From: Myxococcota bacterium
GTDB taxonomy: Bacteria; Myxococcota_A; UBA796; UBA2385
Length of the DNA: 64,000 bases
Direction: 5' to 3'
Assembly (NCBI GenBank): GCA_044344255.1
Contig: JBIJDH010000021.1
Location: 84,045 to 148,044, forward strand
Shown here: positions 38,732 to 52,300 of the stretch, piece by piece
Layout: the number at the start of each line of letters is the position of its first letter
Position numbering within the stretch: position 1 is the first letter of the stretch
Notes under the pieces: model-generated
The model's database searches: none
Told to the model about the DNA's origin: nothing
Seen by the model: the letters and a program-made list of their open reading frames with translations, nothing else
Made by a program: the position numbers and the translations under genes

Positions 38732-41700
38732 ATGTTCCAGCCGCGCACGCCCCAGCCGCCGGTCTCCCCAAGTCGGCTGCCCGACGCGCTCGAAGCTCGG
38801 GTGGGCGAGCTGGAGCCGGAGGAGCGGGCGATGGGGCTCCTCCTCATCGTGGTGTCCGCCGCCGTGCTGGTGGGGGCGGGCTGGACCTACTCCTGGTATT
38901 CTGGTTTTGCGGAGCGGAAGACCCAGGAGAGCCTCCACAGCGTCATCCTGTCGAAGAAGGCGACGATCGAAGGCTACCTCGCCGAGCGGATGAAAGACGC
39001 CGAGATCTTCTCTCGCCGGGAGTCGGTGCGGCAGGGCCTGCTCCGGGCCGGTGCGGCCTCCTCCGTGGGCGATCTGAGCCGCGCGCTACAGGACGACGAG
39101 TCGGAGGTGGTGAACATCTTCGGCTATCGCGACGCCAGCGTGGTCGACTTGGGCCTCCGCGAGCTCGACCCCCACCGCGGAGGGTCCGTCTTGGCTCTCA
39201 AGCGAGAGGTGTTCCTCGATGTGATCGAACACGGCGAGCCCCGTATCGTCGATCTGCACCGCGAGAGCGACGGGACCGTCTGCTTCGGTGTGGCGTATCC
39301 GGTCTTTGGCGGGGAGCCCTCCGCCGCCGGGACGGCGCCTCCGGCCTCGGCCCCGGTGCTCGGGCTCGTCTACCTTGAGATGGGCACGGCCGCCCGCTTC
39401 GATGACGTCGTCAGCGGCTGGCCGATCGCCTCGGAGAGCGCGGAGACCGTCCTCTTCCGGGTCGAAGGGGAGGAGCTGCTCTTCCTCAACCCGCTGCGCT
39501 TCCTGCCCGACGCTCCCCGCCTCAGCGTGCGCCGTCCCCTCCACACTCCGGGCCTCATCTCGGCCCAGCTCGTCCAGGCGGCCGACACCGCCATCGTCAC
39601 CGGGGTGGACTACCGAGGGGAGCAGGTGATCGGCGCGGGCACGATCATCGCCGGGACGACCTGGCACCTCCTCGCCAAGATGGATCAATCTGAGGCCTTG
39701 GGCTCTGTCCGTCGGGTGGGCCCCTCCCTCGCGGTGACCGCCCTCCTGTCCCTGCTGTTGATGAGCGGGGCGGGCAGCTCCCTGTGGACACGCCGAAGGG
39801 CTCGTTTCGCCTTGGAGCAGGGCGCGCGGTACGCGCGGTACGCCGTCGCGCGGAACACCTCGATCGATGGGTACATCGTCGTCAACAAGCACGGTGTCAT
39901 CGTAGAGGCCAACGAGGCGATCGCCCGCCTGTCGGGCTACTCCGAGGCCGAGCTGATCAGCCTGCCGCTCGCACAGATCCACGCGATGTATAACCACGAG
40001 GAGGTCCTGGGCGTCCTCAGCCGGATCCGGGAGGTTGGAGCCGATCGGTTTCGCAGCGGTTGGCGTCAAAAGGACGGGACCCTCGTTCACTTCGATGTCA
40101 GCGCCTCCTACGTGCCCGGCCCCGGTGGAGAGGCCTGGCACTGCTTCCTGCACGACGTCGGCCCCGAATTGGCGGCGCAAGCCCGCATTGACCGGCTGAA
40201 CAGCTTCTATGTCTTCCTCAGCCACGCCAACGCAGCGGTGTTCAACGTAGACTCCATCGAGCGAATGCTGGCCGCGGTCTGCGAGGGCGCCGTCCGCGAC
40301 GCCGGCTTCCTCCTCGTCTGGGCGGGCTCCCTCGATCCGATCACTGGGCGCGTCGTGCCCACCGCCGCGTCCGGCGTAGAGATCGCCTACCTGAACGGCA
40401 TCGACTTCTCGATCGACGCGACGCTGCCCTCCGGATGGGGCCCGACGGGCCGTTGCTTGCGCGAACAGACGGTCTGTCATCTCAATGATTTCCAGTCTGC
40501 CTCGAGCGTGGTGGCCTGGAGGCCCCAAGCGGAGCTGCACGGGATCCGATCCAGCGCGGCGGTGCCGATCGTCGTCGAGGGTGAGTCGGTGGGGTCGCTC
40601 CAGTTCTACTCGGGGGTGGATGGCTGCTTCGAGGGGGAGCTCCTCGCCCTGCTCGAGGAGGTGGGCCACACCGTCGGCCTCGCCTGGCGGGCCATCACCC
40701 TCAAGGCGGCGCACTCCGACGCCCTCCAGCGCCTCGAGGCCAGCGAGGTGCGCCTCGTCCGGGTGCTCGAGAACTCGCCGATCCCCACCCAGGTGATCTC
40801 TCTGTCCAGCCGCAAGATGCGGATGCTCAACCAGGCCCACGTGCGGACCTTTGGCTATCGGCTGGATGAGGTCCCCGATGAGGAGCGCTGGTTCGAGAGT
40901 GTCTACCAGGGCCTGATTCCCCTCGCGGTCGTGCGGAGCATCTGGGAGGCGGACCTCCTGCGGGCGATCGAGGGCGGGCCCGGCTTCGTCGTCTCTTCCC
41001 CTGAGCTGCAGCTCCTCCGGTCAGACGGGCGCCGCTTGTGGATGGTGGGCCGTCTCACCGTGGTCAACGATGACATCCTGGCCCAGTGGATCGACCTCAC
41101 TGAGATCCGCCGCGCCGAGGCTGAGCTGCGCGCCAACGAGCAGCGCTTCCGCGGGATGATCGAGCACAACCTCGCCGCGATCTGCGTGGTGATGGGCATG
41201 GAGGTCGTGTACTGCAATCGCCGCTTGAGTGACCTCACCGGCTGGCGCGTGGATGAGCTCGTCGGCGCGGACGTGACCGTGGTCTTTCGCCCCGATCCAG
41301 AGGGCTTCGAGCAGATCAAGCAGGCGCGGGAGCGCCTGAAGGACGGCGCCCCTGCGATCGAGCTCACCTTGGCCTGCCACATCAAGGATGGGCGGAAGCT
41401 GCTCATCGGGGTCCACGGCAGCATGGGCGTCTGGGACGGCCAGCCGGCCACCGTGTTGACGATCCAGGACGTCACGGAGCGCCAGCAAGCCGAGGAGAAG
41501 ATCGCCGCCTATGTGCAGCAGCTCGAGGGGGCCGTACAGAGCACGCTCACCGCGGTCGCCAAGATGTTGGACATGCGCGACCCCTACACCGCCGGGCACG
41601 AGCGCCGCGTGGGCCTGATCGCCGCTGACATCGCCAAGGAGATGGGCTGGGACGAGGCGCGTTGTTACGCGCTGAACCTCGCCGGGCTGGTCCATGACAT

Positions 41701-42103
41701 CGGCAAGATCGCCGTCCCCGCCGAGATCTTGACCAAGCCCACCCGGCTGACGACCCTCGAGTACGAGATGGTCAAGACCCACGCCGAGCTGGGCTACGAG
41801 ATATTGAAGGACGTCGACTTCCTCCGCCCGGTGGCCACCGTCATCCGGTCTCACCACGAGCGGCTGGACGGCAGCGGCTACCCGCTCGGCCTCAAGGGGG
41901 ATCAGATCCCCGTCGAAGCGAGGGTGCTCGCCGTGGCCGACGTGCTGGAGTCGATGGCCTCTCACCGCCCCTACCGGGCCTCGCTCGGCATCGAGGCCGC
42001 GCTCCGCGAGCTCGAGGGCCACCGAGACCTGTGGTTTGACCGGGAGGTCGTAGACGCCCTGCTGCGCCTGGTCCGAGACCGCGGCTACCAGCTCCCCGAC
42101 TGA
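38732..42103 (+). CDS. Membrane sensor HD-GYP phosphodiesterase (TM-Cache-like-TM-PAS-GAF-PAS-PAS-HD-GYP)
   Basis: RDPYTAGHERRV, VHDIGKI, HHERLDGSGYP and ADVLESMASHRPYR; PAS and GAF signatures upstream. Confidence 0.92.
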   Translation: MFQPRTPQPPVSPSRLPDALEARVGELEPEERAMGLLLIVVSAAVLVGAGWTYSWYSGFAERKTQESLHSVILSKKATIEGYLAERMKDAEIFSRRESVRQGLLRAGAASSVGDLSRALQDDESEVVNIFGYRDASVVDLGLRELDPHRGGSVLALKREVFLDVIEHGEPRIVDLHRESDGTVCFGVAYPVFGGEPSAAGTAPPASAPVLGLVYLEMGTAARFDDVVSGWPIASESAETVLFRVEGEELLFLNPLRFLPDAPRLSVRRPLHTPGLISAQLVQAADTAIVTGVDYRGEQVIGAGTIIAGTTWHLLAKMDQSEALGSVRRVGPSLAVTALLSLLLMSGAGSSLWTRRRARFALEQGARYARYAVARNTSIDGYIVVNKHGVIVEANEAIARLSGYSEAELISLPLAQIHAMYNHEEVLGVLSRIREVGADRFRSGWRQKDGTLVHFDVSASYVPGPGGEAWHCFLHDVGPELAAQARIDRLNSFYVFLSHANAAVFNVDSIERMLAAVCEGAVRDAGFLLVWAGSLDPITGRVVPTAASGVEIAYLNGIDFSIDATLPSGWGPTGRCLREQTVCHLNDFQSASSVVAWRPQAELHGIRSSAAVPIVVEGESVGSLQFYSGVDGCFEGELLALLEEVGHTVGLAWRAITLKAAHSDALQRLEASEVRLVRVLENSPIPTQVISLSSRKMRMLNQAHVRTFGYRLDEVPDEERWFESVYQGLIPLAVVRSIWEADLLRAIEGGPGFVVSSPELQLLRSDGRRLWMVGRLTVVNDDILAQWIDLTEIRRAEAELRANEQRFRGMIEHNLAAICVVMGMEVVYCNRRLSDLTGWRVDELVGADVTVVFRPDPEGFEQIKQARERLKDGAPAIELTLACHIKDGRKLLIGVHGSMGVWDGQPATVLTIQDVTERQQAEEKIAAYVQQLEGAVQSTLTAVAKMLDMRDPYTAGHERRVGLIAADIAKEMGWDEARCYALNLAGLVHDIGKIAVPAEILTKPTRLTTLEYEMVKTHAELGYEILKDVDFLRPVATVIRSHHERLDGSGYPLGLKGDQIPVEARVLAVADVLESMASHRPYRASLGIEAALRELEGHRDLWFDREVVDALLRLVRDRGYQLPD

Positions 42104-42116
42104 GGGGGGGCCGGGC

Positions 42117-44354
<2,238 letters not shown>

Positions 44355-44410
44355 GGGGCCGGCGCTTAACCGATGGCCCCTCCATCGGCTGGCCCGTGTG
44401 GGGCCTCCGC

Positions 44411-45232
44411 TCAGCCGTTCTCGGCGGATCGGAGCCCGTCGGCGCGCGGGGAGGGCGGCTCGGGGCTCCGCGCGCCGTACTGCGCACGCTGGAGGGCCCG
44501 GTAGAGCAGGACCAGCGAGGCGGTGGCGAGGGCGAGGCTGAGGCCCCAGGAGAGGTCGGTCGAGGCCCAGGCCTCGGCGGCCCGCGCGCCGCCAAACGCG
44601 GCCCCGCAGAAGAGGGGCGCGCCCAAGAGGACGAAGAGCGTGCCGTGTGTCCCCGAGAGGTCGCGGCGGACGGCCATGGCGCGACCGCGGCGCCCGAGCC
44701 GGGGGGCGGCGAAGGCGGGGTGGGTGACCGCCCCCTCGAGGGCCGTGGTGAGTGCATGGGCGACGGCGTCTGCGGCGGCGGCGAGGTCGGCGCCCTGCGC
44801 GTCCGGGGAGCCCCCCTCCGGCGGCGCCGAGAAGGTGAGGCGAGCGTCTCCGTCGGCCCAAGAGAGCTCCAGCAGCCCCGCGTCCCCGCGTGCGCGGAGG
44901 AGGGCCTCTCGGAGCGACGCCACCTGGAGCAGGGCGGCGCAGCGCTCGGGGTCGGTGGTGACGACGCAGAAGGCGAGGTCAAAGGTGGGGTCACCGCTCG
45001 GGACCATCGCCTCTCCCTGACAGTGGCCGAGGGGGCCGAGGCTGCGGCGGTCACGGAGGCAGAGCTCGATCGCCGGGTCGCAGAGGAGGCCGCCTCTGCG
45101 CAGCCGGATCCCGCTGGACAGCCCCTCCTCGCGCCCGTCGGCCGCGTCCCCGGGCGTGTGGGCCTGCGCGAGGTCCACCACGGTCCAGCCGCTCCCCTCG
45201 CCAGCCGCCTTGTGTGGGGGCCCGTCGTTCAT
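44411..45232 (-). CDS. Hypothetical membrane protein
   Basis: GGAG RBS + ATG 45232; SGDPTFDLAFCV segment and two C-terminal TM helices. Confidence 0.5.
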   Translation of the reverse strand: MNDGPPHKAAGEGSGWTVVDLAQAHTPGDAADGREEGLSSGIRLRRGGLLCDPAIELCLRDRRSLGPLGHCQGEAMVPSGDPTFDLAFCVVTTDPERCAALLQVASLREALLRARGDAGLLELSWADGDARLTFSAPPEGGSPDAQGADLAAAADAVAHALTTALEGAVTHPAFAAPRLGRRGRAMAVRRDLSGTHGTLFVLLGAPLFCGAAFGGARAAEAWASTDLSWGLSLALATASLVLLYRALQRAQYGARSPEPPSPRADGLRSAENG

Positions 45233-45412
45233 CGATGCAGCTCCGAGTGTGGGAGGGCTTGGGCGACTGTCTCGCGCGGGGTCTTGAGCTTCTGGGTGGG
45301 GAACTTGAAGACTCTGGCACGGAACCCATTGGCCCCTCATTGGAGAGGAGCACCGCTGAATGTGATCCGCGCCTACCGTGATCATGATCATGGGATACGC
45401 ATCTTTCTGCCC

Positions 45413-45468
45413 GGGCCCCCTCGTTTGAGCCCCCTCGTTTGAGCCCCCTCGTTCGAGCCCCCTTGTTC
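45413..45468. repeat. 14-bp tandem repeat (GAGCCCCCTCGTTY) x4 upstream of the giant operon
   Basis: Directly visible; followed by the partly complementary GAGGGAGGGGGG. Confidence 0.85.
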
Positions 45469-45498
45469 GAGGGAGGGGGGCGGGCAGATGAGGACTCG

Positions 45499-46371
45499 AT
45501 GCGAATTCGTCTGAGCTTGGATGGCGTCTGGTCACGCGGTTCGGAGCGGCTCCGCGAGCCCCTCCTCTGGCCGGTGTGGTTCGCGGTCGATGACGCGGCG
45601 CTGCGCACCCTCGCCGGAGACCTGCGCGCGGCCGACGTCCTCTTCGCCCCGGGTCCGCTCGCCGCCGAGCAGCGGATGCCCTGGGAGCGACGCCTCCAGC
45701 TCCAGGCCCTGCCGCCCGAGCGAGCGCTGATCGGGCTGGCGGTCCTCTACTCCGAAGGCGGCGCCACCCTCCACGAGACCCGCGCCGCCTATGACGCGCT
45801 CCAGGAGCGCATCCTCGCCCTGGTGCTCGCGGAGGGCGCGCAGGCGAGCGGGCTCGGCGCGCTGCTGTCGGCCTTCGGCGGCCCGGTCTCCCTGGGGCCC
45901 GACCGGGGGCATGACCGACGGGCCCGCGCCGCGCTCCTCGAGGGGATGGACACCGCGGAGCTCGAGCGCTGGGTGGACGTCGACACGATCGAGCGCCAGC
46001 GGGGCCTCCGCGGCCTCGGCGCCGCCCTCTCCCGCGCGCTCCCCGGCGGCGCGGCGGCGCGACCCGAGCGGCCCGCCACCCCCGTCGAGCGGGCGACCCT
46101 CCCCGAGCGGGTGACCCTCCCCGGCGGCGTCGTCCGCCCCGAGCGGGTGACCCTCCCCGAGCGGGTGACCCTCCCCGGCGGTGTCGTCCGCCCGGAGCGC
46201 CCGACCCTGTCCACCTTGCTGTCGGGGACCGTGGTCGCCGGCACGGTTCAGGCCTGGGCGCCCTCGGGGCTCCGCGCCGGTGAGCCGCACACGGTCGAGC
46301 GCCCCTTGCCCACCCGTGTCGCGCTCCGGTCGAGCCTCGTGCTCCGCGCTTCGCTCTCCGTGGAGGTCTGA
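45499..46371 (+). CDS. Hypothetical protein, first gene of the giant operon
   Basis: GAGGA RBS; MRIRLSLDGV..EPLLWPVWFAVDD; internal TLPERVTLPGGVVRPER repeats; ends 3 nt before the giant gene. Confidence 0.7.
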   Translation: MRIRLSLDGVWSRGSERLREPLLWPVWFAVDDAALRTLAGDLRAADVLFAPGPLAAEQRMPWERRLQLQALPPERALIGLAVLYSEGGATLHETRAAYDALQERILALVLAEGAQASGLGALLSAFGGPVSLGPDRGHDRRARAALLEGMDTAELERWVDVDTIERQRGLRGLGAALSRALPGGAAARPERPATPVERATLPERVTLPGGVVRPERVTLPERVTLPGGVVRPERPTLSTLLSGTVVAGTVQAWAPSGLRAGEPHTVERPLPTRVALRSSLVLRASLSVEV

Positions 46372-46374
46372 ACG

Positions 46375-49300
46375 ATGCCCCTCGTCCGTGGCGCGACCCT
46401 CTTTGACCTCATCACTGAGCTCCCGCCGGGCGCTCAGGGCTTCATCCCCGAGTCGGTCAACCAGTTCATCAACCTGCTCAACATCGCCGAGCTCCAGAGC
46501 CGCAGCTCCGGCCGGTACTTCCTGCACAGCGGGCGGGTGCAGTCGGCCTCGGAGGCGGGGCTCGCGCTGGGCGCCAACTTCCCGGTGGAGATCCCCGGCC
46601 TCAACGTGGGCGTGCCCTTCCAGCTCGCCTGGGTGCGGGCCACCGTGGGCACCGCCGCGACAGACCTCGAAGGGGAGCCCACCGGCTGGATCCTCGACCT
46701 CTTCCTCGAGCGGGTGGCCGTCGTCGTCCCCATCGGGCAGGCCGCCCGCCTCGTGCCCACCGCCGCCGTCGCCCCCGCGCACCTCGAAGCGGCGGGCGGC
46801 GGGCGGGTCAAGCTCTACGCCCGCGGTGTGCTGCGCATCGAGGGCGGGGCCGGGGGCTCACGGGTGCGGGTCATCGCCGATCCCGATCCTTTCGTCCCCG
46901 ACGCTGCCATCGGCGCCGTGATCGAGACCGGCTTCTCGCCGCCCCACCTGCTCCTGCACGAGAGCGGCTTCGGCCTCACCGTCAACCGCGTGGTGCTCGA
47001 CCTCTCCGACGCCTTCACCCCGGCCGACATCGTCGCCCGCGGGCACGGCGCTGACTTCGAGGGGATGACCATCACGGAGGCCACCCTCTACTTCCCGCGC
47101 AACCTCCCCTTCGTGGGAGACGTCAACATCGGCGTGCGCGATCTGCTCATCGGCTGGTCGCCCACGCCGGCCTTTCAGGGTGAGGCGCGGGTGGAGCTCG
47201 GGCTTGCCCTCGAGAGCGCAGCGGCGGTCGCCTTCTTCCAGGACGTGAACGGTGTGCTGGTGCCCCTCGGCGGGCCCAGCGGCTCGGGCACCGCGCTCAC
47301 CGTCACCCTCCACCCCGACACCGGGCCCCGGGCGCGCCTCTTCGCCCGCATGACCACCCCGGGGGTCGAGCCCTCCTGGACCTTACCCGCCGGCGGCGGC
47401 GTCACCGGCGTCGACACCGGCTGGTTTGAGGTCGGGATGCCGTCGGGCAGCCCGCTGCGGGCCACCGAGCGGCGCACCGGCGCCGACGGTGAGATCACTG
47501 ACGGCCAGGAGCGCAGCTTCATCTTCGTGCGGGCCGCCGCCTCGACGAAGCCGGAGCACGCGCCCCCCATCCGCGTGAAGTACAGCAACACCGGCTTCTC
47601 GCACGCCTGGGACGACGTCGCCTCGCTGCGCGGCCCGGGCACCGCCCTCGACTTCGTGGCCTTCGAGGCCGTGACCACCGGCCTCTCCACCGAAGACATC
47701 GCCGGCCTCCGCTGGCAGTGGGAGAAGGAGGGCAGCAGCCAGAGCGGGAGCGGCGAGAGCTTCGCCCCCGACGTCGGCTGGTCGATGGGGCGGCACACCA
47801 TCACCCTCAAAGACCGCCACAACCACGTCCGGCGCTGCGTGATCGAGTCCTCGGCCACCACCGGCGACACGCTCTTCGTGGGCCACCGCGGGGGAGGGGC
47901 CCGCCAGGTCACGGGCGCCACCGACGTCGCCGCCACCCTCGCCGCCGTCGAGAACTCCTGGGACCTCGCCGCCTTCCACGCCTCGGACGGCCGGAGCGGG
48001 GCCCGCAGCGCCGCCACCCTCGCCGGGGCCACGCTCACCGTCCCCAAGGGCGCCCTCGCCGAGGTCACCGTCGCCGTCGGCACCCCCGCGGAGCCCGAGG
48101 CCCCCGTGGTGCCCGCCGCCGAGCCCCCCTTCCGCCACGTCCGCGTGCGGATGACCTTCAACCAGACCGACCCCACCGGCTGGAGGAAGATCCGCCCGGT
48201 CTCCACCCGGCCTTACGGCCCCGCCGAGCCCTACCCCACCTTCGCCGGCGGCCTGCCCTTGGTGAACACGCCCGAGGAGCAGCTCGACCCGAGCTTCACC
48301 ACCGCCAAGCTCGGGGAGTGGGCCTCCGGGCTGCCCGCCGACACCCGCTTCGTGGTCGTCGGCCGCTGCTGTGACCTCGGCACCCTCTCCCGCAACATCG
48401 AGCTCGCCGACGCGCGTGCGAAGATCGGCCGCGATCTGCTCGTCACCGCCGGCATCTCCGCCGATCGGATCCGGTTCGTCGGCGAGCAGGGCACCACGAA
48501 GGACCCCGACGCCGGCTTCACCACGGCGCTCCAGTTCCCGACCGCCCCGCAGCCGGTGAGTGACACAGACCTCGAGCCTCGGATCCACGAGGAGTGGGCC
48601 TTCAAGGCGTATCACTCGGCCACCACCCGCACCGCCTGGGGTGACACCCAAGACCAGCCCGAGCGCAAGGAGGGCCGCGGGGTCGACATTTACGCGATGG
48701 TGCCGGCCGCCGCCCCGGTCGAGACCGCCACCCCCACCGACGCCGCCACCCGGGCCACCTCCCTCGTCCGACTGCTCGTGCCCGGTGAGAACATCGACGT
48801 GGTCGAGCCCTTCGAGGCCAAGGGCCTGCGGACCCCCTACCGGGTCGAGGTGAAGGCCAAGTGGGACTCCCCCTCCATCGTCGAGGCCGCCGACTGGGTG
48901 CCCACGATGGCGCAGGTGACGGTGGAGTGGGCCTCCTCGGCCGTGCCGGTGCCCGGGCTCGCCGATCCCGTCACGCCCACCCGCCCGAGCGGCACCCCCT
49001 CGCCGACCGATCTCTGGCGCGTCATCGGGCGCTTCAGCACCGATCTGCGCAGCGGGCAGACGAGCTACCTGCTCTCGCTGGACTCCATGGGCGACGCCGA
49101 CGGCCTCTTCGCCATCGTCTCCCCCGGCGCCGGCCGCGCCGACGAGACCGTCGCCGTCGGCCTCGCCCTCGCCCCGGCGCTGCTCGGCGGGATCACGACG
49201 GATGACCCCGCTGGCGCCGCCGTCCGCATCGGCGCCCTCATCGCCGCCTCCGCCGCGGCGGCGGCCCTGCAGCTCGACGGACAGCACGTCATCAACGACG

Positions 49301-52300
49301 GGCGTGTGATCGTCGAGAAGCTGGAGGGCGAGGTCAAGCTCCGCGCCATCGACGCCACCGACGGCATGAAGATCCGCATCGGCGTGGATTACACGGCCTC
49401 CTTCGGCGTGAAGGCCAACGTGGCCGGCGCGGTGGGCGTGAGCACGATCTCGCCCATCAAGGTCAAGTACAAGAACGTCGGCCTCGAGTACGAGCACGAC
49501 ACGGCCAAGCCGCTGCTGGAGCGGATCCGCTTCGTCTTCGAGGACGCGAAGTTCGAGGTGGCCGACCCCGGCCGTTGGGCGATCACCGGGGCGCTCGGGC
49601 GGCTGCTCGGCATCACCGCGATCCGGGTGGGCGCAGGCTCCGTCTGGATCGAGGTCGACGTCGAATTCGCCCTCGACCTCGGCGTGGTGGAGATCTCCCG
49701 CACCACGATCCGGGTGGAGATTCACACCGAGAGCACCCCGCCCACCCTCTCGGTCTCGATCCGCGGGATCAAGGCCAAGATCGACGTCCCGGGCACCATC
49801 AAGGGCAAGGGGGAGCTGAGGGTCCTGCCGGACGGCTTCGGCGCCTCGCTCGAGCTCGACATCCTCCCCGCCAAGCTCAAGGCCTGGGGCGGCTTCGTCG
49901 TCCGCCCGCCGATGGTGCACATCGAGGGCGGGGTGCGCTTCGCCACCGGCATCCCCCTCGGCAGCACCGGCCTCGGCCTCTTCGGCTTCGCGGGGCGCTT
50001 CGTCGCCAACGGGCAGCGGAACCTCAGCGGCCTCGATGCCACCGACATCATCGCCCGCGAGGTGGGCTGGCACGACCGCGCCCTGGTGGACAAGTACAAC
50101 CCCCAGCAGGGGCAGTTCGCGATCGGCTTCGGCGTCTACGTGGGCACGCTGCCCGACGCCGGCTTCACCTTCAACGCCCTCGGCATGCTGACCGTCGCCT
50201 TCCCCGACGTCTCGGTCGTGCTCGCCATCGACGCCACCCTGCTCTCCGCCGAGCCCAAGTCGGCCACCGAGACGAAGGCCGCCGGCACCGACGCCGGGCT
50301 CCAGCTCCTGGGCATCGTCTCGGTCGATCCCACCGCGATCGGCATCGCCATTCGGGGCAAGTACACGATCCCCAAGGTGCTCATCCTCGAGGTGCCGATC
50401 GGGGCCTACTTCCCGCTCCAGTCGAGCGCCGTGGGCGCCTATGTGCGGGTGGGCTCGGACGGCGCCGGCGGGCGGCCGGACCGGCCGGTCACCGTGCGCA
50501 TCCTGCCCGACCTGCTCGATCTGCGCGCCACCGCCTTCTTCATGGTGGAGGAGCGGAAGCTCCACGACCTCGGCGGTAAGCCCCAGCTCGACTTCGACGG
50601 CTTCTCGATCGGCTTCGGCGCCGGGCTGTCGGTGAAGTGGGGCGGCGGGCCCATCTACCTCCGCGCCTCCTTCTCGCTGCTGGTCGGCCTCGGCACCCGC
50701 CCCTTCACGCTCGCCGGCGGCATCTACGTGCAGGGGGAGCTCCGGCTCATCATCATCAGCATCAGCGTGACGGGGGAGCTCGAGGCCCGCATCACGGACA
50801 AGGGCGCGATGCTCCGCGGCGAGTTCTGCGGGGAGGTCGACTTCTTCTTCTTCAGCGTCGAGGGCTGCGTCAGCTTCACGGTGGGCTCGGAGCCCGCTAT
50901 CGACCCCCCGCCGGCCGACCCCCTCGTCTCGGGCCTCGTGCTGGCCGACAAATTCTCGCGGGTGGTGGGCGAGGGTGCGGCCTCCCTCGGCGCCCTCACC
51001 GACGCCCACACCGCCTGGCCGGACGCCGCCCCGGTGCTGCGCTTCAGCCACGGGGTGCGGAACGGCCTCGGCGCGAGCGGCTACAAGCCCACCCCGTCGA
51101 ACGGCTGGGGGGCGGCCTGGAGCGGCACCAACCGCGTGCGCTACCTCTACGAGCTGCAGGCGGTCGAGCTCTTCAAGCACCCGGCCTCGGGGCCCGCGCT
51201 CGCGATCGACACCACCACCTGGCCCTCCGCCTGGTGGCTGCCGGCCTTCCGAAACGCCGTCCCGGCCTCGGGCGACACCTCCGCCAGCACGCACGAGGGC
51301 TGGGACCTCGCGCTCAACCAGTGGGCGCCGGCCCCCTGGTCGCGGGTCCACACCGAGGGCGGCGAGGGCCTGGACGCCGATCCCGCCGACAGCGTCGGGC
51401 GGCTCTGCGAGGATGCCCCGCTCCCCACCCGCCACTGCGTCTTCGGCGCCGACGGTCAGCGGCTGTCGGTGGGCTTCGTCCGCGTCGTGGGCGCGCCCTC
51501 GGGCCAGAGCCCCTATCCGCCCGACTTCTTCGTCCACCTCGAAGAGGGCCTGCCGCCCGCGCTCAGCGTGCCCTCACTCTCGGCCCTGGCCTCCCTGCTC
51601 GGCCTCGGCTTCTCACCCGGGGGGCGGGTGGACTTGCCGGAGCCCTTCACCCCGACCGGCGAGCCGGGCGCGATGACGGCCGCCTGGCGCCTGCCCCGCT
51701 TCACGCGGGACGGCTTCACGGCGATGAGCCTCGGCGGCATCGGCACCTTCGTGCCCGAGGTCTCGTTGCCGCAGCTCCTCCTCGGCGTCTGCATCGAGCT
51801 GCCCGAGCTCGACGACGTGAAGGAGACCTGCCTCGACACCCGCCGCATCCAGCCGAGCGAAGAGCGGCTGCCCCGCTTCGTGCTCGAGGACGTGATCTTC
51901 GAAGATCGCGGTGAGGGGATGCGCCTGACGAGCCGCTTCCCGCTCGGGGCCCCCGACGACGCAGGCGAGATCAACTTCTCCGAGAAGGGCCTGCTCGTGC
52001 GGCTCCCCCACGATGTAGACGCCGTGACGGTCGAGATCGGCCTCCTCAAGGACAAGGCGGTCCGCGTCTCGGCCCGCCGCGAGGACGGCGGGGAGGTCGA
52101 CCAGGACCGCGCCGAGCTCGACGCCCCCGGCACCGTCACCCTCCGGCTCACCGGCGGCGGCATCCGCCTCCTGCACATCCGGGCCTCGGGGCCGACCGCG
52201 CACCTCATCCGCCTCTGCACCGAGACCGGCGGGGGGCGGCGCGAGGAGAAGCTCATCGCGCACATCCTGTCGATGTTCGGCCCGCCGCGCCCGCAGTCTT

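Noticed and set aside
45315..45330. Sigma54 promoter for the giant operon (TGGCACG)
   Set aside because: The -24 half matches, but there is no GC at the -12 position (it reads TGGCACGGAACCCAT).
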